A stretch of DNA of 64,000 nt, taken from an uncultured Actinomycetes bacterium (GTDB taxonomy: Bacteria; Actinomycetota; UBA4738; HRBIN12). The notes below the pieces were generated by a model, which saw nothing but the letters and a program-made list of their open reading frames with translations, made no database searches and was not told where the DNA came from. Shown here piece after piece: positions 47,153 to 57,587 of the stretch (positions within the stretch are counted from its first letter, which is position 1; each line of letters starts with the position of its first letter). A program made the position numbers and the translations under genes. Location of the stretch: contig CAVOYV010000005.1 in NCBI GenBank assembly GCA_963700855.1, positions 242,448 through 306,447 on the forward strand, read 5' to 3'.

Positions 47153-48844
47153 GTGGATCGGTCGGTCCTGAGCGACCGGTACCGCGTCGAGGCGCGGATC
47201 GGCGAGGGCGGCATGGCGGAGGTCTACCGCGGGTTCGATCCCGTGCTGAACCGCACCGTCGCGATCAAGGTCCTGCTCCCCCAGTTCGCGCGCGACGCGG
47301 GGTTCGTGGCGCGGTTCCGACGTGAGGCGCAGGCCGCAGCCCGGCTCAACGATCCATCGATCGTGGGCGTGTACGACACCGGCGCCGACGGCGACATCCA
47401 GTACATCGTGATGGAGTTCGTGGAGGGCCGGACCCTCGCCGAGTTCCTGAGCGCGGGCAAGCGGGTCAGCCCCGTGCAGGCCGTCGAGCTGACCCAGAAG
47501 ATCGCGACCGCGCTCGGGCTGGCGCACGCGCAGGGGATCGTCCACCGCGACATCAAGCCCGCGAACGTGATGGTCACCCGCGACGGCGCGGTGAAGGTGA
47601 TGGACTTCGGGATCGCGCGGCTCCAGAGCGCGGAGACCGCGCCCCAGACGTCCTCGGTGCTGGGCACCCCGACCTATCTGTCGCCCGAGCAGGCCCAGGG
47701 GCAGCAGGTCGACGCACGGTCGGACCTGTACTCGCTGGGGGTGGTGCTCTACGAGCTGCTCACGGGACGCCCTCCGTTCACGGGCGACTCGCCGGTGGCG
47801 ATCGCGTACAAGCAGGTGAACGAGGCGCCGGTTCCTCCGTCGGAGCTCAACCTCGACGTCCCGCCCCGGCTCGACTCCGTCGTGATGAAGGCCTTGGCGA
47901 AGAACCCTGCGAATCGCTACCCCTCCGCCGAGGCGTTCGTCGCCGACCTCGAGCGCGTCCGCCAGGGCCAAGACGTCGAGGCGACACCGCTGATGCCGGC
48001 CGGTGCCGAGGCGACCCAGGTGATCGCTCGGCCGCAGGCGACCCAGGTGCTCCCCCCGCCCGAGCCCGAGGGCTCCTCGCGCAAGGTGTGGCTCGGTGTG
48101 CTGATCGGCGTGCTCGTCGTGGCCGTCCTGGGCGGCGCCGGCTACCTCCTGGCGCAGAGCCTGTCCGACGGCGACGAGGACGTCACGTTCGCGATGCCGC
48201 GGGTGATCGGTGCGACGTTCGACGAGGCGAAGGCGCAGCTCGAGGCGCAGGGTCTGGTCGTCGTCGACCCGCCGAGGAGGCGCCAGACCGACGAGGCCGC
48301 ACCCGACACCGTGGTCGCCCAAGACCCGAAGCCGGACGAGCAGGTCGTGGCCGGCGACGAGGTGACGCTGACCGTCGCCGTGCCGATCCGGCTCGTCAGG
48401 GTCCCCGACCTCACCGGGATGACCCTCCCCGCGGCGCAGGCGGCGCTCGACGTGGAGGGCCTGGTGCTGGGCACCCGGACCGAGGAGCCGAGCGACGACT
48501 TCGAGGCGGGCGAGGTGATCTCGCAGATCCCGCCGGCGGGCGAGGAGGTCGACCCGTCGACCACGCTCGTCGACGTCGTCGTCGCGTCGGGTCCGGCATC
48601 GTTCACGATCGGCGACTACACGTGCCGCACGTTCGGCTCCGTCAGGGCGGAGCTCGCGCAGGTCGGCATCACCGCCGTTGCCGGGGGCACGGCGCCGGTC
48701 CTGCCGCAGTGCCCGAACCCGAACTTCATCGCGGCCCAGGATCCCCCCTCGGGGACGCCGGTGCCGACCGGCGGGACCGTCACCATGTTCCTCGGCGAAG
48801 AGGCCTCGCCCTCGCCGACCGAGTCGCCCTCACCGACGCCCTAG
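47153..48844 (+). CDS. pknB: PASTA-domain Ser/Thr kinase
   Basis: IGEGGMAEVY, HRDIKPAN, DFG, GTPTYLSPEQ; TM and about three PASTA repeats. Confidence 0.96.
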   Translation: MDRSVLSDRYRVEARIGEGGMAEVYRGFDPVLNRTVAIKVLLPQFARDAGFVARFRREAQAAARLNDPSIVGVYDTGADGDIQYIVMEFVEGRTLAEFLSAGKRVSPVQAVELTQKIATALGLAHAQGIVHRDIKPANVMVTRDGAVKVMDFGIARLQSAETAPQTSSVLGTPTYLSPEQAQGQQVDARSDLYSLGVVLYELLTGRPPFTGDSPVAIAYKQVNEAPVPPSELNLDVPPRLDSVVMKALAKNPANRYPSAEAFVADLERVRQGQDVEATPLMPAGAEATQVIARPQATQVLPPPEPEGSSRKVWLGVLIGVLVVAVLGGAGYLLAQSLSDGDEDVTFAMPRVIGATFDEAKAQLEAQGLVVVDPPRRRQTDEAAPDTVVAQDPKPDEQVVAGDEVTLTVAVPIRLVRVPDLTGMTLPAAQAALDVEGLVLGTRTEEPSDDFEAGEVISQIPPAGEEVDPSTTLVDVVVASGPASFTIGDYTCRTFGSVRAELAQVGITAVAGGTAPVLPQCPNPNFIAAQDPPSGTPVPTGGTVTMFLGEEASPSPTESPSPTP

Positions 48845-48853
48845 GGGGAGACG

Positions 48854-50458
48854 ATGACGATGTGGTTCGCGACCGAGGAGTTCACCCCCGAGGAGCGCGC
48901 GATCCTCGAGCCCCACTTCTCGAACCTCGAGGGGCCGGTGTTCGCGCTGACGAACCTGCCCGAGGCGGTCAAGGGGGCGCTGTTCGCCCGGTACTCCCGC
49001 ACCACGAAGTCGCTGCGACGGCTGTTCCTCGACGAGTTCGCCGGCGACGTCGAGCCGGGCGGGGGTCTCACGTCCGCCGGGAGGGACCGGGCCGCGAAGC
49101 TGTACGACCGCGTGTTCGTGGAGTACGGCGACGACTCGGTCGCGCAGCTCGGCGGTGTGCACCTGGCGTGCGAGCAGTCGTCCCAGCTCCTGGCGAAGGC
49201 GCTGGAGTGGGGGCGCCTGGCGGCCTACCTCGAGCAGTCGACGCGGTACATGCGCTACGACGACCGGCCCGGCGGACGGTGGCGCGCGACCGTGCCGCCC
49301 GAGATCGTCGGCACCCAGCTCGAAGAGCGGTATGGCGCGTTCCTGGACGAGACGTTCGCCCTGTACGGCTCGATGTACGAGCGGCTCGACCCGTGGTTCC
49401 GCGAGCGGTTCCCGAAGGACGCGGCCGACAGCGACTTCGTGTACAACCAGACGATCCTGGCGAAGACGTGCGACACGCTTCGGATGCTGCTGCCGGCCGG
49501 CACCCGGTCGAACCTGGGGATCTACGCCACCGGGCAGTCGTACGAGCAGCTGTTGATGCGTCTGGCTCAGCATCCGCTCGCCGAGATGCGCGAGTACGGC
49601 GAGCTGATGCTCGTCGAGCTGCGGACGGTGATCCCCGAGTTCCTCACCCGGGTCGACGTCGCCGAGCGCGGGGTCGCATGGTCCGCGTACTGGAAGGACG
49701 TGCGCGAGCGTACCGCCGAGATCGCGGAGCGGCTCGTGGGCAGCGTCGAGCCCGAGCCCCGCAACGAGGTCACGCTGGTCGACCACGACACCGAGGGCGA
49801 GCTGAAGGTGACCGCCGCGGTGCTCTACCCGCACTCGCGTCTGCCCGACGATCAGCTCTTGCGGCTCGCGGCGGCGATGTCGCCCCAGGAGCGCGCCGAG
49901 GTCCTGGCCGCGAGCGTCGGGGACCGCGGGAACCGCAGGCACAAGCCGGGCCGCGCGTGGGAGCGGACGCAGTACCGGTTCGACGTGCTCTGCGACTTCG
50001 GAGCCTACCGCGACCTCCAGCGACACCGCCCGCTCACGATCGAGTGGCAACGGCTCACCCCGGAGTTCGGCTACGACGTGCCGGCCGAGATCGACGAGGC
50101 GGGTCTGCGCGCCGAGTGGGACCGAGCGATGGAGCTGTCAGGCGAGACGCACGACGCGATCGCGGCCGGCGGTGCGCTCGACGCGGCGCAGTACGCCGTG
50201 TCGATGGCCTACCGGATCCGGTTCGTGATGCAGATGACGGCGCGCGAGGCGATGCACCTGACCGAGCTTCGGTCCCAGCCGCAGGGGCACCCGGTGTACC
50301 GGCGCGTCGCCCAGGCGATGCACCACGAGATCGAGCGGGTTCACCCGGCGATCGGAGCCGCCTTCACCGCGATGAGCTACGAGGACGTCGACCTGGAGCG
50401 ACTCGAGGCCGAACGGCGGACGGCGGCCAAGCGCGATGCGGCGGCCGGCAGGGCCTGA
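48854..50458 (+). CDS. thyX: FAD-dependent thymidylate synthase (long two-domain type)
   Basis: ALFARYSR, YGDDSVAQL, EQSTRY, DFGAYRDLQRHR, ELRS..QGH..YR. Confidence 0.9.
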   Translation: MTMWFATEEFTPEERAILEPHFSNLEGPVFALTNLPEAVKGALFARYSRTTKSLRRLFLDEFAGDVEPGGGLTSAGRDRAAKLYDRVFVEYGDDSVAQLGGVHLACEQSSQLLAKALEWGRLAAYLEQSTRYMRYDDRPGGRWRATVPPEIVGTQLEERYGAFLDETFALYGSMYERLDPWFRERFPKDAADSDFVYNQTILAKTCDTLRMLLPAGTRSNLGIYATGQSYEQLLMRLAQHPLAEMREYGELMLVELRTVIPEFLTRVDVAERGVAWSAYWKDVRERTAEIAERLVGSVEPEPRNEVTLVDHDTEGELKVTAAVLYPHSRLPDDQLLRLAAAMSPQERAEVLAASVGDRGNRRHKPGRAWERTQYRFDVLCDFGAYRDLQRHRPLTIEWQRLTPEFGYDVPAEIDEAGLRAEWDRAMELSGETHDAIAAGGALDAAQYAVSMAYRIRFVMQMTAREAMHLTELRSQPQGHPVYRRVAQAMHHEIERVHPAIGAAFTAMSYEDVDLERLEAERRTAAKRDAAAGRA

Positions 50459-50465
50459 CGCCGTC

Positions 50466-51515
50466 GTGCGGGTCGACGGCGTCGACGCGCTCCTGCCCCG
50501 CAGGACCACGGCGCAACCCGGCTACGTCGCCGGCGTGCTCGTGAACGGCGGTCCCGTGCTGCGCACCGCCGCCGGCGCGACCGACGTGCGGACGGCTCGC
50601 CCGCTGACACCCGACGCGATCTGCTACGTCGGATCGCTCGCGAAGCAGTTCGTCGCGGCGTGCGTCGCGTTGCTGTGGCGCGACGGCGCGCTCGATCCGG
50701 ACGATCCGGTCTCGCGCTTCGTTGCCGGCTTGCCGGCGTGGGGTGAGCGGGTGACCCTCGCGCACCTGACGCACCACACGGGCGGTCTGCCGCCTCCCGC
50801 CTACGGCCCGTCGGGCCTTCCTCCGTCCGGCATGCCTCCCTACTCGTCGGCCGACCAGCTCGCCAGGACCGCGGCGGTCGACCGGCTGCCGGGGGAACCG
50901 GGTGCTCGCTACGTGTACTCGTGGATGGGGTACGTGCTCCTTGCTCAGGCGGTCGCGGCGGCCGGCGGCGAGCCGCTCGCGTCCCTCGCGGCGCGGCGGA
51001 TCTTCGAGCCGCTCGGCATGACCGACTCGTTCTTCCGAGACCGACCCGACCCGCTGCCCGAACGGGCCGCCCGCGGGCACTTCCTGGCCGACGACGGAGA
51101 GCTCCACGTCGAGCCGGCCGCGTTCCATGCCGTCGGGTCGGGCGGCCTGTGGACGACCCTCGACGACCTCGCGCGGTGGGACGCCAACCTCACCGAGGAC
51201 CGGCTCACGGACGGCTGGCTCCCGCGGCAGCTCCTGACCCGAGGCCGCCTGTCCGACGGGACCGAGGTCCACTACGCGTGGGGGGTGTCCGTGCGGACCC
51301 ACCGTGGGCTCGCGATCGTCAGCCACGGCGGCAGCTTCCCGGGCTGGGCCTCGAAGATGGTCCGGTTCCCCGAGCACGGCGTCACGGTGATCGTCCTGGC
51401 CAACGAGGAGGAGCTCGACGCGAGCGCGCTGACGTTCCGGATCGCCGACCACGTGCTGGCCGACGAGATCGACGGATCTGCCCCGCACGCGGACGACACG
51501 CGGAGTGGGGCCTGA
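50466..51515 (+). CDS. Serine hydrolase (beta-lactamase/D-aminopeptidase-like)
   Basis: GSLAKQF, L.HHTGGL, GGLWTT..DLARW, HGGS. Confidence 0.85.
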   Translation: MRVDGVDALLPRRTTAQPGYVAGVLVNGGPVLRTAAGATDVRTARPLTPDAICYVGSLAKQFVAACVALLWRDGALDPDDPVSRFVAGLPAWGERVTLAHLTHHTGGLPPPAYGPSGLPPSGMPPYSSADQLARTAAVDRLPGEPGARYVYSWMGYVLLAQAVAAAGGEPLASLAARRIFEPLGMTDSFFRDRPDPLPERAARGHFLADDGELHVEPAAFHAVGSGGLWTTLDDLARWDANLTEDRLTDGWLPRQLLTRGRLSDGTEVHYAWGVSVRTHRGLAIVSHGGSFPGWASKMVRFPEHGVTVIVLANEEELDASALTFRIADHVLADEIDGSAPHADDTRSGA

Positions 51516-51566
51516 GGGTCCGGGGCGGGTTGGTGCTCGGGACGTTTCGGTACCCTGGAACCTCCC

Positions 51567-51731
51567 ATGAGCCTCGATGCCACGTTCCTGCTCGCCCTCG
51601 TCACGCTCGCCGTCGCCGCGCTCGTCGTGGGCGTGTGCGGCTGGGTGCTGTTCGTCCGCGACCACCGCGTCTGGAAGCTCGCGCACGCGCACCCACAAGG
51701 CTCCGAGCCGCAGGGCACCGAGGAGCACTGA
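51567..51731 (+). CDS. Small single-TM protein (54 aa) coupled to hisD
   Basis: MSLDATFLLALVTLAVAALVVGVCGWVLFVRDHRVWKLAHAHPQGSEPQGTEEH; GC3-rich codons; TGA overlaps hisD ATG (TGATG). Confidence 0.65.
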   Translation: MSLDATFLLALVTLAVAALVVGVCGWVLFVRDHRVWKLAHAHPQGSEPQGTEEH

Positions 51732-53032
51732 TGCTCGAGGTCCTCGACCTGCGAGAGCGGGGCGGGCGCCTCGAGCCCTCGAGGCTCGAGATCGACCCGG
51801 CCACCTCCGAGACGGTGCGCTCGATCCTGCAACGTGTCTTCGTCGAGGGCGATGACGTGCTGATCGAGCTCGCACAGCGGTTCGACGGCGCCGACCTGTC
51901 GGGCCGCGGCGTGCTGGTGACCGACGCGGAGTTCGCCGCCGCCGAGCGGGACACGCCCGCGGATCTGCGACGGGCCCTCGACGAGCTGATCGAGCGCCTG
52001 CGTGAGCTGGCCGTCCGCCAGGTCCCCGTCGAGTGGTGGGAGGAGCGTGACGGCGTCCGCTACGGCGAGGTCGTCAGGCCGCTGGCGTCCGTCGGCTGTT
52101 ACGTGCCCGGAGGCCGCGCCGTCTACCCGTCGAGCGTGTGCATGACCGTGGTGCCGGCGGTCGTCGCGGGGGTCGAGGAGATCGTCCTGTGCACCCCGCC
52201 GCAGCCCGACGGCACGATCCCCCCGCCGGTGCTGTACGCCGCCAAGCGTGCGGGAGCCACGTACGTCGCGAAGACCGGCGGCGCGCAGGCCGTGGGCGCC
52301 CTCGCCTACGGGACCGAATCGATCCCCTCGGTGGACCGGATCGTCGGGCCGGGGAACGTCTACGTGACCGAGGCGAAGCGACAGGTCGCCGGGTTCGTCG
52401 GGATCGACGGACTCGCCGGGCCCACCGAGCTCGCGATCGTCGCCGACGGGCAGGTCGACCTGCGCCTCGCGGCCCTCGACCTGATCGCCCAGGCCGAGCA
52501 CGATCCCGAGGCCCGCACGTTCTTCCTGACCCCCGACGCCGGGCTCGCCGAGGCGATCGACCGCGCCCTCGTTGAGGAGCTCGCGCACGCGGGCCGGCGC
52601 GACATCGTCGACCAAGCGCTGCGCCACACGAAGATCGTGCTCGTCCGGAACCTCGACCACGCCGCCGAGGCGGTGAACGACGTCGCCGCGGAGCACCTGC
52701 TCCTGTTGCTCCCCGACGCCGACGGCTTCCTGAAGCACGTGCGCAACGCCGGCGCGATCTTCCTGGGGCACTGGACCTCGGTGCCCTACGGGGACTACGG
52801 CGTGGCCTCGAACCATGTCCTGCCCACCGCGGGCACCGCCCGGTTCTCGAGCGGCTTGCGAGCCGCCGACTACGTCACCGTGTCGTCGGTGATCGAGATG
52901 TCCGCCGAGGCGGCGGCGCGCTTCACCCCCGGCACCGCGGCGATCGCGTGGTCCGAGGGACTCGTCGGCCACGCGAAGGCGATGCGGGCCCGTACCGACG
53001 GGATCGCCGACGCGCAGGCGGACGAACGATGA
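51731..53032 (+). CDS. hisD: Histidinol dehydrogenase
   Basis: YVPGGRA.YPSS, GGAQA, GPGNVYV, AGPTE, QAEH, NHVLPT. Confidence 0.96.
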   Translation: MLEVLDLRERGGRLEPSRLEIDPATSETVRSILQRVFVEGDDVLIELAQRFDGADLSGRGVLVTDAEFAAAERDTPADLRRALDELIERLRELAVRQVPVEWWEERDGVRYGEVVRPLASVGCYVPGGRAVYPSSVCMTVVPAVVAGVEEIVLCTPPQPDGTIPPPVLYAAKRAGATYVAKTGGAQAVGALAYGTESIPSVDRIVGPGNVYVTEAKRQVAGFVGIDGLAGPTELAIVADGQVDLRLAALDLIAQAEHDPEARTFFLTPDAGLAEAIDRALVEELAHAGRRDIVDQALRHTKIVLVRNLDHAAEAVNDVAAEHLLLLLPDADGFLKHVRNAGAIFLGHWTSVPYGDYGVASNHVLPTAGTARFSSGLRAADYVTVSSVIEMSAEAAARFTPGTAAIAWSEGLVGHAKAMRARTDGIADAQADER

Positions 53033-54090
53033 CCGGCGCCGAGCCTAGGACCGGCCTCCGCGATGTCGCCCCGTACGTCTCCCCGCAGCTCGACGTCGTC
53101 GCCAGGCTCAACACGAACGAGTGTCCGCACCCGCTCCCGGAGGGGTACTTCCGGGAGCTGGCCCACGCGGTCCAGGACCTCCCGCTCCACCGGTACCCGG
53201 ACCAGCAGATGTCGCGGCTCCGCGACGAGCTCGCGGCCGCGACCGGCCACACGCACGACGGCGTCTGGGTCGCGAACGGCTCGAACGAGGTCCTCACGCA
53301 GCTCCTGCAGGCCTACGGCGGCCCCGGCCGACGTGCGGCGGTGTTCGAGCCGACCTACCTGCTTCACGGGCGGCTGTGCTGGCTCACCCACACCGAGATC
53401 GAGCGCCTCGCGCTCCCCGACGGCTTCGTGCTGGGAACCGACCAGGTCGACGAGGTCGTCGGCGCGGCGCCGGAGATCCTGTTCGTCTGCTCGCCGAACA
53501 ACCCGACCGGCAACGCGCAGCCCGTCGAGGCGGTCCGCGCGCTCGCCGAGCGGCTGCCCGATGCTCTGGTGATCGTCGACGAGGCCTACGTCGAGTTCTC
53601 GCCGCGGACCACGGCGCTTCCCCTGGTCGAGACGCATCCGAACGTCGCCGTCGTGCGGACGTTCTCGAAGGCGTTCGCGCTCGCCGGCGCCCGGATCGGG
53701 TACGTGCTCGCCGCTCCCGACGTGGTCGGGGACCTCCAGCGGGTTCGCCTTCCGTACCACCTGTCGGCGCTCACCCAAGCGGCCGCGATCGTCGCGCTCC
53801 GTCACCGCCCCGAGGCCCTCGACCTGCTGGGTGCGATCGCGGAGCAGCGTGACCGGATCGGCGCAGAGCTCACCGCGATGCCCGGCGTCACCGCATACCC
53901 GTCGGACGCGAACTTCGTGCTGTTCGTCCCCGAGGCCCCGGCCGGCGAGGTCTGGCAGGGCCTGCTCGACCGTGGCGTGCTGGTCCGCGACATGACGAGC
54001 GTCGTGCCGAACGCCCTGCGGGTGACCGCCGGCGCCGAGCACGAGGTCGACCTGTTCCTCAAGGCCCTGAAGGAGGTGCTCGGCCCGTGA
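53029..54090 (+). CDS. hisC: Histidinol-phosphate aminotransferase
   Basis: LNTNE, NGSNE, SPNNPTG, DEAY.EF, RTFSKAF.LAG.R. Confidence 0.95.
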   Translation: MTGAEPRTGLRDVAPYVSPQLDVVARLNTNECPHPLPEGYFRELAHAVQDLPLHRYPDQQMSRLRDELAAATGHTHDGVWVANGSNEVLTQLLQAYGGPGRRAAVFEPTYLLHGRLCWLTHTEIERLALPDGFVLGTDQVDEVVGAAPEILFVCSPNNPTGNAQPVEAVRALAERLPDALVIVDEAYVEFSPRTTALPLVETHPNVAVVRTFSKAFALAGARIGYVLAAPDVVGDLQRVRLPYHLSALTQAAAIVALRHRPEALDLLGAIAEQRDRIGAELTAMPGVTAYPSDANFVLFVPEAPAGEVWQGLLDRGVLVRDMTSVVPNALRVTAGAEHEVDLFLKALKEVLGP

Positions 54091-54671
54091 GCCGCGCCGC
54101 GACCGTGACCCGCACCACGAAGGAGACCGACATCCGGGTCGAGCTCGAGCTCGACGGGACGGGCCAGAGCATCGCCGACACCGGGATCGCGTTCTTCGAC
54201 CACATGCTCCAGCAGCTCGGCAAGCACGCCGGCTGGGACCTGTCGCTGACCTGCCGCGGCGACCTCCAGGTCGACGGCCACCACACGGTCGAGGACTGCG
54301 GGCTCGCGCTCGGGCAGGCGCTCGCCGAGGCGCTCGGCGACAAGGCCGGCGTCCGGCGGTTCGCGTCGATCGTCGTGCCGCTCGACGAGGCGGCGGTCGA
54401 GGTCGTGCTCGACCTCGCGGGACGGAACTTCGTGGTGCACGAGGTGCCGGTCCCCTACGAGACGATCGACGGGTTCGACACCGGCCTGCTCGAGGACTTC
54501 GTTCGGGCCTTCGCGCAGGCCGCGAACCTGACCGTCCACATCCACCTGCGGTACGGACGGTCGCCGCACCACGTGTGCGAGGCCGAGTTCAAGGCGCTCG
54601 CGAAGGCGCTCGGCGACGCGTGCTCGCTCACCGGTCGTGGCGGGGTGCCGTCGACCAAGGGCTCGCTGTAG
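54087..54671 (+). CDS. hisB: Imidazoleglycerol-phosphate dehydratase
   Basis: RTTKETDI, FFDHML, D.HHTVED, HH..EA.FKA, PSTKG. Confidence 0.97.
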   Translation: MSRAATVTRTTKETDIRVELELDGTGQSIADTGIAFFDHMLQQLGKHAGWDLSLTCRGDLQVDGHHTVEDCGLALGQALAEALGDKAGVRRFASIVVPLDEAAVEVVLDLAGRNFVVHEVPVPYETIDGFDTGLLEDFVRAFAQAANLTVHIHLRYGRSPHHVCEAEFKALAKALGDACSLTGRGGVPSTKGSL

Positions 54672-54682
54672 GAGGTCCCTGC

Positions 54683-55291
54683 ATGGCCGGGAAGATCGCC
54701 GTGCTCGACTACGGGAGCGGGAACCTCCACTCGGTCTCCCGCGCCCTGGCCGCGGTCGGCGGCGACGTGACGGTGACGGCCGACGCCGACAACGTCCGCA
54801 GCGCTGACGCCCTCGTGATCCCCGGCGTCGGCCACTTCGGCCAGTGCGTCGGAGCGCTTCACGCCGCTGGCCTGGACCGCGCGGCGCTCGACTTCGTCGC
54901 CACCGGGCGCCCGGTCGTCGGGGTGTGCGTCGGGATGCAGGTCCTGTTCGATGGGAGCGAGGAAGCGCACGAACCGGGCCTGGGCGTCCTGCCCGGGCGT
55001 GTACGCCGGCTCCCCGATTCGGTCAAGGTGCCGCACATGGGGTGGAACACCGTGACGTGGCTGCGAGCCCACACACTCACCGCCGGGATCCCCGACGGCA
55101 CCTACTTCTACTTCGTCCACTCGTACGCGCCCGAAGTCGCTGGCGACGACGTGATCGGCGTGACCGAGCACGGCCGGCCGTTCGCGGCCGTCACGGCCCG
55201 CGACAACGTGTTCGCGACGCAGTTCCACCCGGAGAAGTCCGGCGATGCCGGACTGCAGCTCTACGAGAACCTCGTGAAGGCCGTCGCATGA
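54683..55291 (+). CDS. hisH: IGP synthase glutamine amidotransferase subunit
   Basis: DYGSGNL.SV, PGVG, GVCVGMQ, PHMGWN, YFVHSY, QFHPEKS. Confidence 0.97.
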   Translation: MAGKIAVLDYGSGNLHSVSRALAAVGGDVTVTADADNVRSADALVIPGVGHFGQCVGALHAAGLDRAALDFVATGRPVVGVCVGMQVLFDGSEEAHEPGLGVLPGRVRRLPDSVKVPHMGWNTVTWLRAHTLTAGIPDGTYFYFVHSYAPEVAGDDVIGVTEHGRPFAAVTARDNVFATQFHPEKSGDAGLQLYENLVKAVA

Positions 55292-55989
55292 TCGTGATCC
55301 CGGCGATCGACCTTCGGGGAGGCCGTGCGGTGCGCCTGCTCCGCGGAAACCCAGACGACGAGACGGCCTACGCCGACGATCCGGTCGAGGTCGCCGTCCG
55401 GTTCCAGGAGGAGGGCGCCCGGCGTCTGCACGTGATCGACCTCGACGCCGCGCTCGGCGGTGGCGACAACCGAGCCGTGGTCGACGCGATCTGCAAGGCC
55501 GTGGTCGTGCCCGTCCAGGTGGGCGGCGGCGTCCGGACCCTCGAGAACATCGCCGAGGTCGTGGAGCTCGGCGCCGCGCGGGCGATCCTGGGCACGAGCG
55601 CCGCGCTCGACCCCAGCTTCGTCGCTCGCGCCGTCGAGGAGTTCGCGGAGCGCGTGCTCGTCGCCGTCGACGTCCGCGGCGGGCGAGTGATGGTGAAGGG
55701 CTGGACGGAGGAAGGTCCTGCCCTCGAGGAGATCGTGCCTGCCCTGAACGACGCGGGCTCCCCGCGATACCTCGTGACCGCGATCGCACGGGACGGGACG
55801 CTCGACGGGCCCGACCTGCGCCTCTACCGGCAGGTCTTGGGTCTCACCGACCGCCCGGTGATCGCGAGCGGCGGCGTCCGCACGGCCGAGGACGTCTGGG
55901 AACTGCGCGACGTCGGGTGCGAGGCCGCCGTCACCGGCAAGGCCCTCTACGAGAAGACCTTGAAGATCTCGCAGGTCACGAGGGGTTGA
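55288..55989 (+). CDS. hisA: ProFAR isomerase (HisA/PriA)
   Basis: IPAIDL.GG..VRL, LHVIDLD, QVGGGVR, RDGTL.GPD, IASGGV. Confidence 0.95.
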   Translation: MIVIPAIDLRGGRAVRLLRGNPDDETAYADDPVEVAVRFQEEGARRLHVIDLDAALGGGDNRAVVDAICKAVVVPVQVGGGVRTLENIAEVVELGAARAILGTSAALDPSFVARAVEEFAERVLVAVDVRGGRVMVKGWTEEGPALEEIVPALNDAGSPRYLVTAIARDGTLDGPDLRLYRQVLGLTDRPVIASGGVRTAEDVWELRDVGCEAAVTGKALYEKTLKISQVTRG

Positions 55990-55991
55990 GC

Positions 55992-56753
55992 GTGCTCGCG
56001 AAGCGGATCGTCCCGTGCCTCGACGTCGACGCCGGAAGGGTCGTGAAGGGCGTGCGCTTCCAGAATCTCCGCGACGCCGGCGACCCGGTCGAACTCGCCG
56101 CCCGCTACGACCGAGAAGGCGCCGACGAGCTGGTGTTCCTGGACATCACCGCGACGATCGAGGGCCGCGACTCGACGTACGAGGTGATCTCGCGGACCGC
56201 CGAGCAGGTGTTCATCCCGCTGACGGTCGGCGGCGGCGTGCGGGCCGAGGACGACGTGAAGGCCCTGCTGCGCGCGGGCGCCGACAAGGTCTCGCTCAAC
56301 AGCGCCGCCGTCCGCGACCCCTCGCTCTTGCAGCGATGCTCCGACACGTTCGGCTCGCAGTGCATCGTCGTCGCGATCGACGCCCGGCGCCGCGAGGACG
56401 ACACCGGCTGGGAGGTCGTCGTCGACGCCGGTCGCACCCCCACCGGCCGCGAGGCGGTCGAGTGGGCCCGCGAGGCGACCGCCGAGCGTGGCGCCGGCGA
56501 GATCCTCCTGACCTCGATGGACCGCGACGGCACCGGCGACGGCTACGACGTGGAGCTGCTGCGGGCCGTCGGCGAGGCGGTCCCGGTCCCCGTGATCGCG
56601 AGCGGCGGCGCCGGCGAGCTGGCGCACTTCGCCGACGCGCTCCGCGTCGCGGACGCCGCGCTCGCCGCCTCGCTGTTCCACGACCGCGTGCTCTCGATCG
56701 GCGAGGTCAAGGCGTACGTCGCCGCCGAGGGGATCCCGGTGAGGCCCGGATGA
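55992..56753 (+). CDS. hisF: IGP synthase cyclase subunit
   Basis: [37 protein letters not shown]. Confidence 0.97.
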   Translation: MLAKRIVPCLDVDAGRVVKGVRFQNLRDAGDPVELAARYDREGADELVFLDITATIEGRDSTYEVISRTAEQVFIPLTVGGGVRAEDDVKALLRAGADKVSLNSAAVRDPSLLQRCSDTFGSQCIVVAIDARRREDDTGWEVVVDAGRTPTGREAVEWAREATAERGAGEILLTSMDRDGTGDGYDVELLRAVGEAVPVPVIASGGAGELAHFADALRVADAALAASLFHDRVLSIGEVKAYVAAEGIPVRPG

Positions 56754-57079
56754 ACCTCGACGACCTCCGCTTCGGCGATCGCGGCCTGATCCCGGTGATC
56801 GCGCAGGACGCAGAGAACGGCGAGGTGCTGATGCTCGCGTGGGCGAACCGCGAGGCGCTCGAGCGCACCCTCGAGGAGGGTCGGATGGTCTACTGGTCGC
56901 GCTCACGCCAGGAGCTCTGGCGCAAGGGCGACACGAGCGGCCACGTCCAGCACTGGGAGGAGATCCGCGTCGACTGCGACGCCGACGTCGTGCTGGCGAA
57001 GGTCCACCAGGAGGGCGCGGCGTGCCACACGGGCGAACGGTCGTGCTTCTTCCGGACGCTGGATCGACCCGAGGAGTAG
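56750..57079 (+). CDS. hisI: Phosphoribosyl-AMP cyclohydrolase (no fused HisE)
   Basis: [29 protein letters not shown]. Confidence 0.96.
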   Translation: MNLDDLRFGDRGLIPVIAQDAENGEVLMLAWANREALERTLEEGRMVYWSRSRQELWRKGDTSGHVQHWEEIRVDCDADVVLAKVHQEGAACHTGERSCFFRTLDRPEE

Positions 57080-57176
57080 ACGCGAGCGCGCGTGTGTCGC
57101 GACCCGTCCCACGCGCTCGAGAGCAGGAACGCCAGCTCGAAGCCGGCGACCGCGATCAGGCCGGAGAGGGGGCGGG

Positions 57177-57587
57177 TCAGAGCTCAGCAGGATCGACCAC
57201 GACGAGATCAGGGAACCAGCGTCGGAAGAAGGCCGTGTCGCGGGTCAGGAGCCGGTCCGCCTGGGCGCAGGCGTGGCCCCCGACCAGGAAGTCGGGGAGC
57301 AGCCGCTCACGCACGACCCCGTCGCGGCGGGCACGTTGCCGTGCCTGGGCCGCTTCGATCGCGCCATCGGCCACCATGGGGAGGTGGCTCACGCCGAGCG
57401 CGTCGACGCGGGTCCGACCGAGCTCGACGTCGGCGAACCCGGTCAGGACCTCGACGAGCGCCGAGCCGCCGATCACGAGCCGGCCCTCGGTCGCGCATCG
57501 ACGGAGCGCGCGGATCGATCCCGGCGCGAACCGTTCGTCATCCGAGAGGACGTCGATCACGACGTTCGCGTCGATCGCCGTGATCAC
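57177..57587 (-). CDS. vapC: VapC-family PIN-domain toxin
   Basis: AIDANVVID, E, LPDFLVGGHA, LLTRD. Confidence 0.88.
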   Translation of the reverse strand: MITAIDANVVIDVLSDDERFAPGSIRALRRCATEGRLVIGGSALVEVLTGFADVELGRTRVDALGVSHLPMVADGAIEAAQARQRARRDGVVRERLLPDFLVGGHACAQADRLLTRDTAFFRRWFPDLVVVDPAEL

